From: an uncultured bacterium
GTDB taxonomy: Bacteria > Armatimonadota > Abditibacteriia > Abditibacteriales > Abditibacteriaceae
Assembly (NCBI GenBank): GCA_963843795.1
Contig: CAWJLW010000010.1
Coordinates: 186,001-250,000 of the forward strand
DNA length: 64,000 nt
Direction: 5' to 3'
This document shows positions 60,518 through 64,000 of this stretch, piece after piece. The notes under the pieces were generated by a model. It was not told where the DNA came from, did no database searches, and saw only the letters and a list, made by a program, of their open reading frames with translations. Position numbers and translations under genes: made by a program. The number at the start of each line of letters is the position of its first letter. Within the stretch, counting starts at the first letter, position 1.

Positions 60518-61370
60518 CGCCACCACCCGCAAGGGGTACCGGCTAAAAAGCAGGTGGCGGGCTACTTACAAGAAACAGCTATGGCTTTGTCCCAGCGACG
60601 GGCGGCGACTCTGGTCAAAACCGCGCCGCGGGTGTTGCGTTACAAAAGCAAGCGAAGTGACGATGCGCCTATCCGAACTCGGCTGCGCGAGTTGGCGAGT
60701 GAGCGTCCGCGCTGGGGCTATCGGCGTTTGCACGTATTGTTGCGGCGCGAAGACGTGGCTAATCAACCGCAAGAAGACGCATCGGCTTTACCGCGAGGAG
60801 AATCTGCACCTGCGCCCCAAAAAGCGCAAGCGCCTCACCAGCAGTGCGCGTGTAATGCCCGGAGCACCCACAGGTATAAACCAAACGTGGACGATGGATT
60901 TTATCCATGACAATCTGGCCAATGGGCGCACCTTTCGGGCTTTGAATGTGATGGATGCCTGGAGCCGCGAAGCTTTGGCCATCGAAGCTGATACCAGTTT
61001 GAATGGCGCACGCGTGGTGCGAGTGTTGGACGAGTTGATTGCGCAACGGGGCAAGTCTGGGTTGATTCAGGTCGATAACGGCGCGGAGTTCCGGGGCATT
61101 GCTCTCGACCAGTGGGCATATCGCCATCAAGTGAAGTTGCACTTTATCGAACCGGGCAAACCGACTCAAAACGGCAAGATCGAATCGTTCAATGGCAGGT
61201 TGCGCGATGAATGTCTCAATCAGGAATGGTTTGCTTCACTCTTCCACGCCCGCTGTGTGTTGGCGGCGTGGAAAGAAGATTACAACACCGTGCGGCCACA
61301 CAGCGCACTCGACTACCAAACGCCCATGCAATGGGCGCAATCTCAAACCGAGGTCTCTACTTTTGAGTGA
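60505..61370 (+). pseudogene. IS3 transposase OrfB, disrupted by a 16-nt insertion and a +1 indel
   Basis: [54 protein letters not shown] spread over three frames. Confidence 0.8.
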
Positions 61371-61392
61371 GGACTACTTGGGGAGCACGTCA

Positions 61393-61440
61393 ATACGATA
61401 AAAGCCCGCTGCAAGTACTTGCAACGGGCTTTTGTCGTAT
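61393..61440. terminator. Palindrome-centred terminator between convergent genes
   Basis: atacga-taaaagcccgct-gcaagtacttgc-aacgggcttttg-tcgtat. Confidence 0.8.
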
Positions 61441-61448
61441 CTGCGAAG

Positions 61449-63175
61449 CTATTTCTTGACCATGTAATTGCCCAGCACAATCGTATCCATGTGCGTGCGC
61501 TCAAAGCAATTGATCGCTTCATCGGGCGTGCAAACAATCGGCTCGTTATCGTTGAACGAAGTATTCAGCACGACTGGCGTGCCGGATTTTTCACCAAAAG
61601 TTTTGATCAAATCGTGATAGCGCTCGTTCACATCGCGTTCGACAGTTTGCACACGCCCCGTGCCATCAACGTGGGTCACGGCAGGAATTTCGTCGCGTTT
61701 ATCTTCGCGCACTTTATAGACTTTGAGCATGAACGGATCGGGATAGCTTTGCTCGAAATAATCGCCGCACGCGCTGCCCAAAACCGAAGGCGCAAAAGGC
61801 CGGAAAGCTTCGCGATGCTTGATGCGCGCATTGAGAATTTCTTTCATATCGGTGCGACGCGGATCGCAGACAATCGAACGATTGCCCAGCGCGCGTGGCC
61901 CCCACTCTGCCGCGCCCTGAAACCAGCCGACCACATTGCCCGCCAACATCTCATCCGCCGTGGTCTTGAATAAATCGTCGCCATCGAGCGTTTGATAAGT
62001 CAGATTGCGTTCTTTCAAGCGCGCTTCAATTTCGCGCATTGGAAAACTCTGGGCCGGTATAGGAATGCGTCATTTCAAAAGTGCGCGGCTGCCCCAGCAC
62101 TTGATGCAACACGTAATAGGCCGCGCCAATCGCCGTACCCGCATCGCCCGCTGCGGGTTGAATATAGATATCCTCGAAATCGGTTTCCGGCAAAATTTTG
62201 CCATTGAACGAAGAATTCAAGGCCACGCCACCGGCCAGACAAAGCGCCTTTTTTCCGGTGCGTTTGGCCGCATCGCGCACGATGTGAAATTCGGCCTCTT
62301 CCAACATCGCCTGCATCGAAGCCGCGACATCGTAATGTTTCTGCGTGTATTCGCTGCGCACAGCGCGCGGTTCGCCCAGTAATTTCACCACTTCGGGCGA
62401 ATACAGCGTGCCAATCGTCGGCGAGCCATCGTCCCAACTCATCTCGACGCCTTGCGCGTGATGCACGAAATACTTGAGATCGAGTTCAAACTGTCCGTTG
62501 GGCAGCAAGCGCACCATTTTGTGCATTTCTTCCAGATACTTCGGCTCGCCATACGGCGCTAAACCCTGCACTTTGCCCTCGTCGCCATAATTGGGAAAGC
62601 CCAGCCACTGCGTGAGCGCGGTAAAAAAGATGCCCAGCGAATGCGGAAACAACACTTGGTCATCGACTTCAATTTTGTTATCTGCGCCCGACCCGACCAT
62701 CGTGGAAACAAAGTCGCCCATGCCATCAATCGACAAAATCGCCGCATCTTGAAACGGCGAAACGAAAAACGCGCTCGCCATGTGCGCGCGATGATGCTCG
62801 ACGCGATGAAATTCAGCTTTCAAGTCATCGACTTGAAGGCCCAATTCTTCGCACAAAGTACTCTTTCACATCTTTGACCGCGCCCATATTCTGCACGCGG
62901 TCACGAATCGCGCCAAACGAAGGCCGCTTGCGGAGGGTGAATAGGACTTTTTGCGACAAATGCGCTTTGGGGTCGCGCGAAATCGCGACGTGATCGAGAT
63001 CATGCGCGGTGATGCCGGCTTGTTGCAGACAGAATTTGATGGATTCGGTGGGAAAACCGGCCCAATATTTCAAGCGACGAAAGCGTTCGTCTTCAACCGC
63101 CGCGAGCAGTTGTCCGTCGCGCACGATACAGGCGGAAGCGCCGCCGTGATAAGCGTTGATTCCAAGAATATGCAT
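61449..63175 (-). CDS. Carbamoyltransferase (NodU/CmcH family; frameshifted)
   Basis: MHILGIN..H, EDERF, EHHRAH, IDGMGD, LAGGVALN, PAAGDAG, EWGPRALGNRS, RPFAPS, HVDGTGR, LNTSFN. Confidence 0.92.
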
Positions 63176-63183
63176 AATTTTTG

Positions 63184-64000
63184 CTAATTCGTTTTTTTAC
63201 TTTTTTTAGATTGAACGTAAATACTATCTGCAAACAGCACCATCCAACGCAGGTAACGGCTCATAGCACGCAGAATTTCGGAAGTGCCAACGATAAGTTG
63301 GTGGGTGGGCGGTAGCGTATGCAAATCACTTTTTTGCACTCTAAGACCAAAGTAACCATCAACGGACAGTCGCGTCGGCCCGATATTTTCGGTGAATTCT
63401 TTTCTCATTTCGCGAAGATTCCAATATCGCACTTCAAAATCTTGGGCTTCGCGGAAACGTTCCTTGAACTGATGGTACAAGCAGCGAATGCCATAAATAT
63501 TGGGAAGTTGAATGAGGCAAGTGCCTTCGGATTTCAAGACTCGGCCTGCTTCTGCGATGCTGAGTTTGGCGTTCTCCTTACTGAAGTGCTGCAACACACT
63601 TTAAGAAAATACGACATCAAAAGTATGAGGTGCAAAAGGCAAATACCGAGCATCGGCCACTACGTAAATGGCATCAACTTTCAGGTGTTGGCTAACGCGC
63701 CGCGCCGCGACAACACTCTCCAAAGCCGGATCAATTCCCACGGGCTTGTAACCTTTGCGCGAGGCCGCCACGCACCAACGGCCCCGATTACAAACGACGT
63801 CGAGTAGGGTTTTGCCATTGCCGAGCGGCAGACGCATTTCGGGAATGGGATAGCACTTTAACTTGCCAGTTAGTGATGTGTACAAAATCCCGCAGGTCGC
63901 CACCACATTATTTTGGACGTGGGGATCAATCGTTTCATCATCGGCAGTCTGCACACTAACGTCATCTTCGAGACTAAGCTCGCCCTCAATAGAAGAAGCT
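63184..64000 (-). CDS. Class I SAM-dependent methyltransferase (partial, frameshifted)
   Basis: LLDVxCxxGRW, GIDP, ADARYLPF..FDVVFS, VLQHFSK, RVLK.EG; start lies beyond the window. Confidence 0.8.

Larger units (their letters stand above)
60184..61392 (+). mobile_element. IS3-family (IS407-like) insertion sequence, 1209 bp, 4-bp target duplication ATAC
   Basis: Ends TGACGTGCTCCCC...GGGGAGCACGTCA; ATAC at 60180-60183 and 61393-61396; orfA, A6G frameshift site and DDE orfB. Confidence 0.95.
1006..61422. repeat. Dispersed 12-bp palindrome GCAAGTACTTGC (31 exact copies counted by eye)
   Basis: Exact copies start at 1006, 2117, 4401, 5933, 6454, 8911, 10528, 13097, 14426, 16032, 16044, 16613, 18599, 20211, 20898, 21154, 22588, 23938, 24411, 27952, 28959, 31870, 35227, 35818, 36051, 39446, 40321, 42824, 50067, 54394, 61411. 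Variants near 4413, 10515, 13083, 40334, 44979, 56393, 58163. Confidence 0.97.

Noticed and set aside
1006..61422. Palindrome copies as a CRISPR array or MITE family
   Set aside because: Spacing is irregular over kilobases, only 12 bp is shared, and there are no target duplications or cas genes.
22640..63954. Apparent mass pseudogenisation or programmed frameshifting in more than 10 genes
   Set aside because: Breaks are small indels in otherwise intact genes of unrelated function, and two can be corrected from internal evidence. Sequencing error is the simpler explanation.

Overview
GC-rich bacterial chromosome segment. A DUF1559/H-X9-DG prepilin-like gene and the general gene style suggest Armatimonadota/Abditibacteriota, but this is inference only. 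The first ~42 kb is mostly housekeeping and envelope genes: ATP-dependent DNA ligase, nhaA, Sua5, RND pump, modAB, Fpg/Nei, ctpA, rlmD, folE with an intein, tandem PTPS/QueD, livHM, Tat ferritin-like pair, histidine kinase, and an FHA-trypsin/PP2C/Ser-Thr kinase operon. The last ~22 kb is a polysaccharide-export locus (wzc-like, wza/SLBB, carbamoyltransferase, methyltransferase). It is split by a block carrying three lamin-tail-domain surface proteins with a shared C-terminal module and a lasso-peptide-like RiPP set (precursor, HPr-type kinase, PqqD/RRE, nucleotidyltransferase), and it also holds an IS3-family element. The dominant non-genic signal is a 12-bp palindrome, GCAAGTACTTGC. I counted 31 exact copies by eye, in terminator hairpins and inside genes in all three reading frames, which is HIP1/DUS-like behaviour. 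Many genes are broken by small indels that look like long-read sequencing errors, so frameshifts are not treated as true pseudogenes. No rRNA, tRNA or cas genes were recognised.
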